Of a stretch of 64,000 bases of DNA, positions 39,754 through 54,900 are shown one piece after another. The translations under genes and the position numbers were made by a program. Source of the DNA: Antedon mediterranea (Eukaryota > Animalia > Echinodermata); the NCBI RefSeq assembly GCF_964355755.1, contig NC_092677.1, positions 2,626,101 through 2,690,100 of the forward strand. Reading direction: 5' to 3'. The stretch's first letter is position 1. Every line of letters begins with the position of its first letter. The notes under the pieces are model-generated. The model ran no database searches. It was not told the DNA's origin and worked only from the letters and a program-made list of their open reading frames with translations.

Positions 39754-39983
39754 TTCAATGTTTAATAGGGTTTTTTGTTGCCAAAATATTGAGAGTGTGG
39801 ACTGTCTGTGGAACAGAATGAAATATCTGAGCAGCAGACGACGGAAGTTAAAACTAAACATGCTCACAACAGTCAGGTGACACTGATCAACCAATCAGCG
39901 ATAAATGTTCCCACATGGCTCTGTAGAGACGAAATACCGGTTTTCTCGAAGTTAGGCCTAGAAAATCTGATTTGTTTTTCATA
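39754..39983. promoter_or_regulatory. Putative bidirectional promoter of ZPR1 and TOMM40
   Basis: Only 230 bp between divergent ATGs (39753 and 39984); contains CCAATCA (~39891) and ETS-like CGGAAGT (~39842). Confidence 0.75.
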
Positions 39984-42900
39984 ATGGGTAATGTTAATGC
40001 AGCCGAAAGTCCTATACCACCGCTTCATACACCATTATCAGGAACAGCACCTGCACCACCTCCTACTGCCTCTGTACCTTCAAGTTTACTGGAAGAATTG
40101 AGAGGAAATGGCGATCTTCCAAACCCAGGGAATTTTGAAGAATTGTTTCGGAGATGTAAAGGTACTCTACACAACCCCGGGTAAAACCGGCTCTTTACCC
40201 TTCTGTTTACGTTACTCAACTCAGTCCATCATTTGTTGACTAGGCCTAACAATTATGTCAATTAAACGAACGAAAGCAATTATTTTGTATGTACAAGTTG
40301 CTTTAGAAGTATAATGGGATTAGATTTTCTTTTTTAAATTATAGATTCTAAATTCTTTTTTTTCCAGACATTTTAAAACTGTTGGTTATAATTGAATGAA
40401 TAGAAATAGGATGTGTGTGCAGTTAAGTAAGTGTGTTTATGGTGAGAGATGGTGACATGTGTGTGACAATCAATAATTTAATGACGAAATAATAATATAA
40501 TAAGCCTAGTCTTATCATTAGTGTTGTCGACATTGTTTCAGTGTTGGCCTACATTTTTATATAAATAAAATACGAGCCATTTGCGATTTTATATCTTTTA
40601 TAATGTTTTATTTGGATCAGGGTCTGTTTTTGATTGGTTGAAGGTTAACCATGCTCCTCCTACTAATTCTTTTGTCTTATTTAGCACAGGGAACTAGATG
40701 CAATGCAAAGTCATTACTGTCATTAGATAAAAAATAATACATTACATCATGTAAGATATTGTCGTGGTTGACCTTTGTTCTAACATACGTGCCCATCATC
40801 TAGTTATACGGCAAGGTTTACTGTACCTTCAAACGCAATCACTATCTTAATGCACACTATTGCGAGTGATCGTTTAAAAGAGCGAACACATGAGTATTTT
40901 CATAGTAATAATAGATACAAAATACTGATTCATTTGACTGGATGGTTGGTGTAGTGCTATAGCATACAGTATGAAGGGATTAAATGTTGTGTGTTTGAAT
41001 CCTGGGCGATTTATGCAAATTTTTTTTACTCATCATCTTTCGGACAAGGATTATGTCAGCTTTACACATCATTTACATAGAGCAGTTTTTTTCTAGGGCA
41101 AGGTTATTTTACTTGGCGATCACGATATAGTGTGTTGGGTCTCTTACGCTGGGTAGTTGCGTTCCGCCATTGAAGCAGTAACCATAGAATACATTTTATT
41201 AGGATGGACAGAGTTATTAAACAATTTTGAGCTGGTCCCTGAAGAGTTTGTAGTACCCTTGCTTTGTTGTTCGTCCCCTACTTATGATGTTTTCATACAC
41301 ATTCAATGTTCATTTCAAAATTTCACCCAAGGCAAAATTGTCATTAGTTAACTATCAGTACATGTTATAAATTTTCAAATGTTATTTGAAAGTGATTTTT
41401 GAAAGCTATGGCACTATTTAACCCAGCGTGTAAAAGTTAAATATGATGTTAAAGTACAGTATTACTAGACTATATAGGCTAACAAAACAACTTCTCATTT
41501 CTTAAATAGATTTGTTTCTTCAAAGTCAGAATAAAAGCTATTTAATGGTTAGCCATTGGGCATACAATCTTGAAAAGTAGCGACCTATCTTGACATAATA
41601 CTTAGCAAGAATTAATCTGTAAACGAAGCTAACCTACCTCGAAAGAAAGCCCAAGGGCTTAAATTGGAGACTAATGTCATACACATCCCGCACCTCACTT
41701 TTGAACTTAGTTCATTGCCACCAGTATATCACATGAAGTGTCTACCTTTATGTGTTCTTGGATGCTGTACCTCATATACACTTCATTTCCTATGCCTTAT
41801 AAGTAAAACTGTGATAGACTCATGGGATACATCCAACAGCTTTTGGGGGGAAGAAGAAGGCATGATTACCTCTGATAAGCTGTCAGATTTAGCCAAGGAC
41901 CGTTGTGGCTGGACAAATCTCCGCAGCCGACTGATGATGATGATGATGATGATGATGATGAGACTCATATGCAGGAACCATCAAAATTACAATAAATGTT
42001 TTCATTTCATTTATCCTCTTTTTAGTAATCAGTGTACTTATATTAAGATTTATACATTATAATAAAGAGCTCTTTATATACAGTAATACTATACAAAAAT
42101 AAAATATAAAAACAATAACAATCACCCATGGACCACAGACTGGCAAACATACTTTTTTTCTTCTACAAATACAATACAGTACATGATTTTAGTTTGTTTT
42201 ACTTGTTATTTCAAGTTTAAAACACAGTTGCATTAACAGTGTGTATTTAATTACCCAATAAAATCTTGCTAAATAATTATTTAAAAGCATGTTAAAGTGT
42301 GAATAAAATGTAGTTTGTACACTGCACTGGATTTGAACCCATCACCTTTTACCATTAAACCAGAGGGGATGTTGATAGTACCTCATAAATCAACAACAAA
42401 TACATTCCATCAAGCTCTTTGATGTCAACAGATAAGTAACCATAGCAATATCAAGTAGCAAGATTTCATTTGTTTATTGTACAAATGTTAAGTGATGTTG
42501 ATAACATTTTTATAATACCAAGAAATTGAGAGATTCTAAAAAGACATTAAAAATAAAGATGAATAAAATCAGACTTTGAATAAGCCATTGTACTGTAGTT
42601 TTAGTAATAAGTGTACTGTAATTTGTTATTCACTTCTGTAGAAAAAAAGCAAAAAAATTATGATTTCTTTTAGTGTTTCACTTATAAAAAAACAAAATTA
42701 ATGTTTAAATTTTTATGGGGGAGGTTAGAGAAGAAAAAATATCTTTAAATTATGGAAATTTTTTTTAAACAATTTTTTTCATGCAATATATGTTGAAAGA
42801 GGAACAACCTATCTTTAATTTTTTTCACAAAATATTTCAGTGGGGGGAACATATTATATTTAAATTATTGACCTTTTTTACAAATAATTTTTTTTTTGTA

Positions 42901-45900
42901 CAATATATCTTTAATTTAAGACTGTTTATGTTTAAACTTGTTCCTTCTCTCTGCATCCATAATCCTCCATTGACATTTGTTCCCTGGATACGGTATCATT
43001 TTTATTTCAATGGTAATTAGCATTTAAATTTGAATTTTCTTTTCTCATTGCAGAATGTTATTAGTGCTTAAAAGCTCCATTAAGTTCTTTCTTATTTGGA
43101 TTACAATTAATGCTTTTTTATTCTCTTTTGTCATTATAATTACAATAGAACATTCTTATTTTCATTTATTTTATGTAGTGCAATAACAAAAAAATATCCA
43201 AAAGATATATTGAGAATACTGTTATCAATAAACAATTTAAAATGTCCTTTAATAATTAATATTTTACTAGCATGATTTAGTTTGTTGTACACGTTTATGA
43301 GGTAGTCACTACATTGTAATATCATAAGCTCTGTCAACACTATCAAACTAGTTTGACAAAAAAAGTGTGATATGCTTAAATATGGTACATCACCATGTCC
43401 ATTATGGTCACATCACATTTTTTTGTCACATAAAGCTTGATAGTGTAGACAGAGCTTTAAACCATGATCTGTATGATTACCCAAAATTTAGTTACTGCTG
43501 TAACTGCAGTAGAATAGTTTGGACATGATCCATCAAACAAAGTATTTTTATTTAAATATGCAATTTGTTCCCAGAAATATTCCCAGCGCCTTTGGAAGGG
43601 TGCAAGTTGATGGTCAATAAGGGGCTGTCCAATCACTTCCAAGTCAACCATACCGTCTCACTGTCATCACTGGCGGACTCTTCATATCATTTCGGTAGTA
43701 CATATGTAGGCACCAATCAAACAGGCCCAGGAGAGGTAAGATTACCAATATTTAATGTTTATTTTTAGGTGAATGCATAAAATATTTTCATGAGTTGGAC
43801 TAGTCTATTTTAAGAGGTCTTAGATAAAGATAAACGGCTTGCGGCTCAGTTTGTTTTTGGAATGTGCTATAGTTGCCAGCCTCGCATTGCAGAAAAAATA
43901 TAACTTTTTACAAATATCAGAAATCAATGTACAACCTATCCCATTGTAAGAATGGATTCAATAAGTAAATAAAATAATAAATAACCAAATGTCTTGATTT
44001 TTTTTTTCAACAATAAAAGTTGAACTTTATTAAAATTGTGAATGAATTGATGAAGCATGTTCCTATAATAAGGATAGCACATAATTCTGCATTACATTGA
44101 CTGTTGATAGGTCACTTACAGGTCAATCTGCGTTCCTTTGAATGGTTCCAATTGGCTGTTAGCTGTTAGCAGATTGCATTTACATTATTTATATTCCATT
44201 GTCTTTGTTTGATTTAAATTATTATAAAATTTATCAAAACATCAGCAATTATGTGTATTTTCTCCTTTCTTAGGCTTTTCCAGTTTTACTTGGGGACATC
44301 GACACATCAGGCAGCTTAAATGCTCAAATTATACACAAATTAATGGAAGGTTTAAAAACAAAGTTTGTTCTTCAGGTATTTAATCAATCAATTGTATCAC
44401 AATGCATCATAATATTTGTCATTTAGTTCATTTAGAAGCTCACATTGCGTTATTTATTGCCTCGTTAGGAATCTTTGGGATTACTTTACCCCATTATAAA
44501 AGCTCTGTCTACACTATCAAATTGTATGTGACATGATGATGTCATCACTACCATATTTAAGCATATCACTACCGTATTTGGGCACATCGCACTTTTTTTG
44601 TTGAACTAGTTTGATAGTGTAGGCAGAGCTTTAAGGATCTGCAGTGGGTTTTCATTCCAAAACATTACAAACCAGCTTATTGATTATTTGTTTTTTCATT
44701 ATTTATACTGGGCGACCTCTTCAGTTAAAGACTGGTCTCCCAGAGGGCCCAGTTATGATCAGTGCTGTGATGTAATACTGTAGTACACTAAGGTAACCCC
44801 CTACTCGAAAGATGAGCTAGTTGTGTACATTAGTCCAGAACCATGGAGCGAGTGAGCCTCGAATCCCTGCCAATGTTATAGCTATGTAATTAAGGTTTCA
44901 CTGTCTTACTGCTTAGCCACAAACTCACTTACATTTATTGCTGTGACTACATCATAAAGTTGTACATTAAAAAAACTTTAACAATCATACGTTACTGCAG
45001 TAAAAAATGTCATTACTGCAGTAGAATAATTTTACACAACATGATTTCAGTAAGAAAGCCCTTAAATTTTATATTAGAATTAGTAAATTACATCTAACTT
45101 TTAATAAATTTTGATTATGCAAATCTTTAAAAGACATCGATCATGTAATAAAAAATTTATCTCTTCAATTAGAAGACAAATGAGTGGTTATTGCATTTCT
45201 TATTTCGATACATGTCATGAATAAAAATGAAAAATGACAAAGTTTGTGTTGAAGTAAAATGATTAAATAATAATTGAAGTAAAGTTTTGGAAAGTAATAT
45301 AAACGAGATTACATTCAGATTGATTCAGAAGGATCTTATTTAATTATTAGAAAGGACTGATGAGTAAGATCAACTTACAATTTTAAGACATTTTCATTGG
45401 TAGTCAAACAGAGAAATTACTTTGTTGATAATATATCATAAACAAACTAATAATTTTACTGACAGGAGATAATTTAAACTATCTAAAAAATTATAAAATA
45501 AGAATTATTGTCATAATGATAAAATATGGCAACAATAGATCAGATAAGAAAGAAACAATCTAAATCTTATAATAATACTAATCAAGTATAAAAAAAATAT
45601 TTACATAAATTCAAGTCAAGTATCATTTATTGTCATTTGTTTAAAGGAAAAACATAGAAATTCTGTTTGCTCTGTTGGCGGAGCACAATATCCAACGGAC
45701 ACAACACGAACTCAAAACAAAAACATTACAAAAAGTGATGTTTAAGGCCCTAATAGCTCCTGGAAAGAAACTATTTGTAAATCGCTCCTTATTGGCCTTA
45801 ATAGAACGAAATCGCCGACCGCTGCTCAACTGGAACATACTATGATTTGATAGCCTTTTTCAGAAGACGATCCGAGAAAATGTTCTCCAAAGGCAATTGT

Positions 45901-48900
45901 GCAGATCCAATTATACGCGATGCGGTCTTGACTATTCTATTTAGGTCAAGCTTTTCATTTTCGGTAGCGCTACCGAACCATACCGTTAAAAAATACGTTA
46001 TGACACTCTCTATAACTGACCTATAGAATTATTGCAAAGTTTATACCAAATGACCTAAGTCTACATAGGAAGTAGATTCTTCTCTGGGCCTTTCTAATAA
46101 TGTTACGTGTGTTAATATGCCACTTCAGATCATTTGAAATATAAATACCCAAGAATTTGAATTCATCAACAAACTCAACTGATACCATTAATAAATATTG
46201 GATATTTGACATTAAGTGATTTTCGGAAGTCTACAACCATTTCTTTGGTCTTAGATACATTCAAGAACAGATTGTTTTCGTTACACCAGTCTACAACTCG
46301 TTTCACTTGGTTGCGATAATTAGACTCATCACTGTCATCATCATTGATTACACCTACAATGGTAGCGATATGACAGTTACTGTAGTAGGTAACACACTCA
46401 TAGGTAAATAAAGTAAAAAGAAACAGGCGACAGTACACATTTTCGAAATAATAATAACTTATTATGGATACAATAAAATATAATAAAAATATAATTATTA
46501 ATCATATTAATTATAATCAAGTATAAAAAAAAAATGTAAATAAAATGTTGTAAAATCGGATTAATATTAATAAATAAAACTCATGATGGATACAATAAAA
46601 TATAATAAAAATATAATTATTGATCATAATTATTAATTATAATCAAGTATAAAAAAAAAATGTAAATAAAATTTTGTAAAATCGGATTAATAATAATAAA
46701 AACTCATGATGGATACAATAAAATATAATAAAAATATAATTATTATGAATAATAAATTCCAACATATTGTTGAATATGAACATTTTAATAAGTTTTTATG
46801 ATGTTTTAATAAATTATGCATTTTTCATTTTGACAAGTCTTACCTTATCCAAGTTTTTAAGTGACAAGGTGAAATGAATACGACAACTCAATGTATTTAA
46901 TACTTACAACTAAATAAATTTCAACTTGTCTAACATTAAATGTATGTAATGTCACACATTAAGTATGGGATGTCACACATTAAATGTATGAAATGTCACA
47001 CATTAAATGTATGAAATGTCACACATTAAGTATGGGATGTCACACACTACGTATAGGGTGCCACACATTACGTATGGGGTTTCAGATTTGATTAAAAAAT
47101 GATCAAGGTTTATTTTAAGAAAAATATTTAATCATGCATATGGAATCTTGTCAAAATTATTCTATTCTACTGCAGTTACTGAAGTAACTCAGCATATATC
47201 TCTGTTTTAGTAACCCTATTATACTTACATGAAATTTTAATGGTATAAAACTACAGTTCTAGCCTTTTTTTTTCATTATTTTCTTTTTCCATTTTATTTT
47301 TGTCATTATGTTTCAATTATTTAATTTTTTCCCGTATTTTGTTTTTACATTTATTAATTTTTTTCATTATTTTTTTTGGCTTATTTTTTATTCCTTATTT
47401 TCAAAAAATAATTGTATAAAACCTTATTGACGTATTCCATAGAGTGAGGTAAATGATTTTGATTTTTTAGACCCAGCAAACTCGGTGGATGGTGTACCAA
47501 CTAGAGAATGAATACAGAGGGCCATCATACACCGCGTCTGTGGTGCTAGCTAATGTGAACCCTTTAGAGAGTACAGGCATCATTGTAACACAGTATCTTC
47601 AAAGTATAACAAAGAGGCTGGCTTTAGGTGCAGAATTACTCTATCACTACGGACAAGGCCAACAACAAACTATATTAACATTAGCAGGAAGATACACAGG
47701 TAAGCAATAGTGTAAACGCTCATCAAACATACACCCTTTTCACACTGCTTAGAAGAACTAGTTTAACCGCTCCTCAACATACACCTCTTTTAACTGCTCC
47801 TTAACCATACACCCCTTTCACACTGCCTGGAAGAGCTAGTTTATCCACTCCTCAAAGATACACCCCTTCAAACTACCTAAAAGAACTAGTTTATCACTAC
47901 GGGGAAGGCCAACAACAAATCATATTAACATTAGAAAAACCTGAGTTTACACACAACATACAAAATACCTGTTTACACTATTAAACTTTATGTGACAAAT
48001 AGTGTTATGCCCAACAAATGGTGACGTCATCCATTTTAAAGTTAACATGCTCGTGCGAAAGCTCCCTACAGGTAGTTGATCACACACGACAATGCAGGTT
48101 GCCTTTTTTTCATATTCATATTTCTATTTATATATATTGTTTTGTAACAGGGGGTTTCTACTTATAAGCTGTGCTTCAGAGATTCCCCCTTTCCATTTTT
48201 TTGTTTAGTACTACGATTATTTATGTAATATGATTTTGTGAATGGAAATAAAGTAAGAAAAAAAGAAAGAACCAACCAGTACAGAGTTGTACACATCATT
48301 GGTGAAATAAACTCTTTACTAGTTGCTAGCCCACATGGAATTGATAATTATTATACGCATTGTCATGTTTAATAACCACAACATGAATGATTATCTTTAT
48401 GATGGATTGCTGGGGGTTTTTTGTGATCATTATCTCTTGTCATAATTGACTTCTCTTTAACAATATACACCTACTCATCTAGTGAATGTCGTCAAACATT
48501 ACATTGCTTTTTATAATGAATGCTCATCACTCAAGGCTCATCATTTCCTCAACAGTATTATTGTTTTGTAAAGTTTGTTTTTTTATAAAAATGATGTTAG
48601 CACTAACTGCTTTAAAACCATGAAAAATAGGCAACAATTTCGACATGAAAATTATGCTTTTTATAGAAAATGTTAATACAAAAATGTGTATGCAGTCAAT
48701 TGCAAGTGAAAAATAAATATGCGATCTAAATGTCAATATTTGTTACTGCAGTAAAATCTTTTGTAGAAAAAGCAGTCACTTTTAACAATAAAAAGTGAAT
48801 GATTATTATAAGGTTCAAATGTTGATATAAAAAGAGCGATATCTTCAAAAAACAGTAGATATTTCACATTATGTCTGCCTTGTCGTCATGTTGCAACTAG

Positions 48901-51900
48901 ATCATGATTTATTTCATAGCCAATATTTATCAACATCCATACTATTTCATCTAACGTTATTTTTCATCATGCGTAGCTGATAATTGGTTAGCATCCGGAA
49001 CTGTCGGTCCTGCATCGTGTCACGTCGCTTATTATCACAAAGGAAAAGAAGTACAAGTCGGTGTTGAATTTGAAAGTAATTTTAAAATGCAAGAAAACGT
49101 GACGTCTATAGGCTACCAAGTTGACTTACCACAAGCTAATGTCACATTTAAAGGTACGTTTTTATTTTAGCTTTATTTCATACACTGTAGAATCTAGTGA
49201 CAATACAGCATGCAGTTTCTTGTCTAGTGACAATAAACAGCATGCAGTATCTTGTCTAGTTACAATAAACAGCATGCAGTATCTTGTCTAGTGGCAATAA
49301 ACAGCATACAGTATCTTGTCTAGTGACAATAAACAGCATGCAGTATCTTGTCTAGTGACAATAAACAGCATGCAGTATCTTGTCTAGTTACAATAAACAG
49401 CATGCAGTATCTTGTCTAGTGACAATAAACAGCATGTAGTATCTTGTCTAGTGAAAATAAACAACTTAATGTAAACTTTTCTAGTGACTATAAACAGCAA
49501 ACAGTATCTTCTCTATTGACAATAAACAGAGTGCAGTATCTTGTCTAGTGACAATAAACAGTGTGCTGTATCGTATCTATTGATAGAAATACTCATTTCA
49601 TGTGGGATACTGTATACTCTCTTTGCAATATACACTGCTGTAACAACTTTTCAAAAGCATTATGTCATAACCATTCGAGGTCTCCAATCGATAGAACATA
49701 GTTCAAACCCCACTGGGTATTCATGTGGGATACTGTATACTCTCTTTGCAATATACACTGCTGTAACAACTTTTCAAAAGCATTATGTCATAACCATTCG
49801 AGGTCTCCAATCGATAGAACATAGTTCAAACCCCACTGGGTATTCATGTGGGATACTGTATACTCTCTTTGCAATATACACTGCTGTAACAACTTTTCAA
49901 AAGCATTATGTCATAACCATTCGAGGTCTCCAATCGATAGAACATAGTTCAAACCCCACTGGGTAGGAAGGAAGAACATTCTTGGAATTTTGAATGAACG
50001 AGACTGTCAATTTTTTTTATTTCTATAAATTCCAATTTAAGATATGAAATTAGAGTAATCTCATTACTTATCTACAGTAGTATAACAGAAAATTATTTGG
50101 AAAGTGAATCGAATTGTTATTAATAATTTTCCGATATGAGTCAATTTATTCACAAGATATAAATGCTCTATATAAACAAAGTGATTGTCTTTGGATTTGA
50201 ACACATGCCTTTGATAAAAAAAGTTGGTCTATTTCATATGTAGCCTACCTGGATAAACCGACAATAGCCCTTTCTCCTCAAAGAAAAGTAGAAATTGTGC
50301 TGTTTTTTATAATTTTCAAAGAACACCCCTCTCCACAAATGGTATAGTCCATAAACTATATAACAATGCTCAGGTGGGAGCCTTCCCACAAACCACCATG
50401 GAACACTATTACATAATTTAAACAATAATGCTTAATACTATATTTTATTTGCCGCACCTACTTGCGTAACGTTCAAAATAACAAATTATATAATAATGAT
50501 GAATACATTAATGTCTATAGTTTACTAAATTTCAGATTATTGTCTATTGATTTCATTTTGAATGTTTTTAAAAATATATATACTGTACTATATTTTTCCT
50601 AATAAAGTACCTAATATCATTTATCCTTGATATTAATAATGGCCTGCACAATGTTTTATTAATAGTTATATTAAAGATGTATTGTCCCTTTGAACACAAA
50701 AAATGAAGGTCAAAATATTTTAAGTTTAAATTGGCCATATCAAAGTAATATTAAAGTTATTCACTTTAAGTTAAAAATTCGAGCCAAAAACAACAAGTTT
50801 ACGTAATTAACAGGTAAATTAGTTTGATTAAATTTCGTCTGGAAAATCATTCCGAGCGAAAGTAAACAAAGATTTCAAACCACGAGTAAGAATTATGCAT
50901 GATATGCTAATTAAGATTGTTTACAACTTGTCACGGTTGAGGAGATGTTTTCACACATCGCGAGAGGAAGTTTTATGATTATGCATATATAGCCAAACTG
51001 TACGTACGCGCGCCGGCGCGGCCGGCAGTAGGGATGCCTAGTTGCGGAACGAAGTTTGTTTTAATGTATTCAAGAAACCCATATGGATTTATCGGTAAAT
51101 ATATTACTATTTTTTACTTAGTTTCTCTCAAATAAAATGTATACTTGTGGCCTAGTTTAGATACTAGGCTACTACTACTAAGCCTAGCTCTAAGCTGTAA
51201 CTTGCACAGTACCTACCTAGGATAGGATAGGCCTAGCCTTCTAATCTAGGCTACTCTAGGCCTAGGTAGGTAGGTAGGTCTACCTTTCAGGTTCACGTTG
51301 TCTTTTTATTAATATTAGGCCTATGCTTTAGACTCATTTTTAAGTATTCGTCGGCTACCCGTATTCATTTTGGCCAGGTCCGATTCATCATTACTAATTA
51401 TCAAGTATAGGCTAGTAAAATGTGCAAGTTAGCCCACTGTACTGGCAACTGATTCGTCATTTTGACGAGAGATGCCAGTTCTATTTTTAAAGACTAGCCT
51501 ATTACTAGTAGTAGTAGCCTAACTATTGAATTGTACTGTATATAAAAAGAAATACACTAATCATATCCATGGGATTTTTTAATTAGAAATATGTTACTAA
51601 TAATTAATACTATAATTTCCATATACAATATATATAAAAGTCTATAGGATCTGTGGTTATTTACTATTTTTGTGACAATACTTTTAGAAATATTCACAAC
51701 TAATTAGCTTTACTGTTATTGTTACTTGTCAATGGACCAGTAATACATAAAGGTAAAAAGATATTGTGAAACCTGGTTCAACATTTGAAATTCTGGTGGC
51801 AAATTGCAAAGATTCCTCACGATAAATTTTTCATATTTCCATATTTAGCAGTAAACAATTTATAACAATTTTATTTTACTTTAGGTTAAAATGAATGCAT

Positions 51901-54900
51901 TGACAGAGGTAGTGGCTAAAGACCTACTAACTAAAGGAAGCAGCAGAGAAAAAGTACCTGAGAGGGAGGTCATCATCCTGTAGCATCAGCAACTACACCA
52001 AGTTGGTGTGTTTGCAACAACTGCTGGCAAATTCAAACTGAAAATGAAAGAGTGTGCTGTACCCCTATTCCAGTTGTTGTCCATAGGCGCTGCTAATATA
52101 TCTTGATGATAGGCTCGTGCCAATTCCAACATTGCTTCATTTAGAATGAGCAACTTAAAGTCCTAAAATGAAAAAAAAATGTTTATTTAGTATTTTTTGT
52201 TTAGTTTTATGTTATGTACTATTTTTCAAAATAATATAAGCTGGTAGCAAGTCTGTATTTTAACAACAGTACTTATTAAAAATAAAGCAGAACTTGCTAC
52301 ACAAAATGTTAAATTAGTTTGACAAAAAGACAATTCTTTTTGTGTTTTTTTTTAGATACACTATATCGACACTTTATCAACTGGAATAGGGGTCATAAAC
52401 ATACAGCCTACCGGCAGTATGTTTTGTGGCAGCATGGTCGTCTCGGTATTGGCATCAGAATATAATACCCAGTTGTGTATGGGCAGTACGGGACAAATAC
52501 CCCGATGCATTTGGCCAGTATGTTGGTTTTCAACCAGGTCGAATTTAAAGACGTATTGTCCCTTTGTACAATTCCCAAAAATAGATTTCCAAATTTAATT
52601 GCTCATTTTAGTACCATAACAGAAAAAAAGAAATCATTTTAAACTGAATACATTAAAAACTTAACAGGAATTGCCCAGTACTGTTTGCACGAATAGAAAG
52701 GTAACTGATACAATCATAGTTTTGTTTAAAATCTTGACAATTTCTCTTCAACTAGTTGATGAGTTGGTGGTGCTGGTACTGAAGCAATGTTTCTGCTGAG
52801 CCTTCTTGGGTCATCTTCTCCTAAGCATGTTACTGTTTTCAGCATGTTACTGTTTTCAGGCTAGTTTCATCAAGTAGTCTTCTGTATACAACCATTTCCA
52901 CCAATTTCTGGATGTAGCTGTAATCTTTTTCTTCTTTAACAGGCACCACTGTCGACCTCTTACTTTTTTTGTTAAATAAGCGTTGATATCTACACAACAG
53001 AAAATCATTTTTTATAATTTTTAACAGCAATTTGGAATATTTTGCTTAGATTGCAATTCGGGAAAACCGATTTTAAAATTAATTGTCGAATTTCTTTTGC
53101 CCATATAGCTAGTTCCATGGTAACTCCATTGTACATGGCATAAAGATACAGACAATTGATTTAAGAATAGACTTGTCGGTTTCATACGTAGTACGGTATT
53201 TAGTAATTAATATAGCCAATTAATATTCAACTGTAAAAAACTATGGAATGTACCTTGTGGTCCCATCTTTATTTTTCTTGATCTCTCGTTGATATTTTGC
53301 TGTGTAATCCTATGCTGCCAGAAGATTCCTTACTTTGTACATTGGTGGACTGTAATGGAATCTTTTGGCCGCATACATCAAAATACATTGGTGGAAATTT
53401 TCCAGTTCAGCAGTTCCACTAAAAATACACAATATGTATATATAAATAGCTAAGTCAATACTGTTGTCAAATGCAATAAAATATGCAAGTTTTAAAGTAA
53501 TACTAATAAATGTGTTTATTGTGTGTATATTCTGTTGAAATTTATATTTATTGTTTAGAGCACCTGTTTTGTTTTTAGCTTTAATCAATACTACAGAATA
53601 TGCACAGAAATGCTTGTACAGTATAAACCATTCCTCTATTTTTAATCAATTTGCTCACCGAAAATTAAGCCAATATGGGATTTTCTTCAGGACGATCTTT
53701 CGTAGTGCATCGTGCTCTGGATGACCTAAGAAACAATAATAAACAGTAAAACAATACAAAGACAAGAAGAGGTAAATAAGAGAAAGGAATGCCATCATTG
53801 GAGTCATGATTAGAAGTAAAAAACTTGTCTCACCATGACCCTGAGAGAGAGAAAAAAAGATATAAAAAGCTACCTTATATACATTATTGTTGCTACAGTG
53901 ATAAATGTATCCCATAAGCATTATTCCACGTTGTGAATATAGGCCTACTCTTGTTGAAAATAAAATATATTTCAATTCGTTACAAGAGTACCAATGTTTT
54001 TTAGATATTAAAGTGACATATCACTTCTGTATATTTACGAGAGAGTTGATAGAGTATCAGAATAAAGAAGATGTCATTACTAATATGGATATACAACAAC
54101 TAGGTTATTGCCTCATTACTGGCACCCAATCATGAAAGTAATAACACGCACTATCACCAGTATGTCTCAACATTTCCTGTTTGATTAATTTTTCACCTTT
54201 TTTTCTGATTTTTTTTTCTCGTGTTAATAAATAGAACAAATTCAGATATTTAGGCAGACTATTTTTATATACTTTTGTTTCTTCTTTTTTGCTAAATCTC
54301 TATGTACACTATCAAACTTTATGTGACAAGATTATGTGAGGTGTCCTTATATGGACATGATGATGTCATATCACTACCATATTTAGGTATATCACTACCA
54401 TACTTGAGCACATCCCACTTTTTTTTGTCAAACTAGTTTGATAGTGTAGACAGAGCTTAAAGCAGGACAAATACAGATATTTTAGATAATAATTATTTTT
54501 TCACTTTTTTTTTAAATTTCTTTTTTTGGTTGTTAATAAACATAACCAACCTAGATATTTTGGTTGACTTACAGATAGGTCAATAGGTGTATTTGTAGTT
54601 TACCGCAATAATCTTTTAATTTACTTTTAAAAACATTGAAAATGACATGTTGTCTTGTGAGGCGGCGCGTCTTTATTGATACAGTACATCACTTCAAATT
54701 AAAAATCGGTGAAATAAAAGCTCAACTCATATACAAGGTATTAATAATGATTATTGTGTGTAGCAAAGTATACATTGTACTACACTCACTCGCTCACTCA
54801 AAAAATGCAATCAATTTTTCCTCGGGCTTAAGCGTCTTGTTTGACTTGTTTTATCCACATATTTTTTTTATTTTAATTTCATTTATTTATATTTGGTATT

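Larger units (their letters stand above)
50675..53725. mobile_element. Decayed Kolobok-superfamily DNA transposon in TOMM40 intron 5 (one end visible)
   Basis: TTAA|AGATGTATTGTCCC terminus at 50671-50688, a + strand KolX-like pseudogene and a convergent - strand transposase C-terminus. No matching inverted terminus was found. Confidence 0.75.

Noticed and set aside
39754-39894. N-terminal extension of ZPR1 from the upstream in-frame ORF
   Set aside because: Similarity to ZPR1 begins at MTEQ...KPLF (39753); the extension runs through the shared promoter.
49541-49966. 141-aa ORF with 41-aa repeats
   Set aside because: Translation of a 123-bp intronic triplication; non-ATG start and no recognisable domain.
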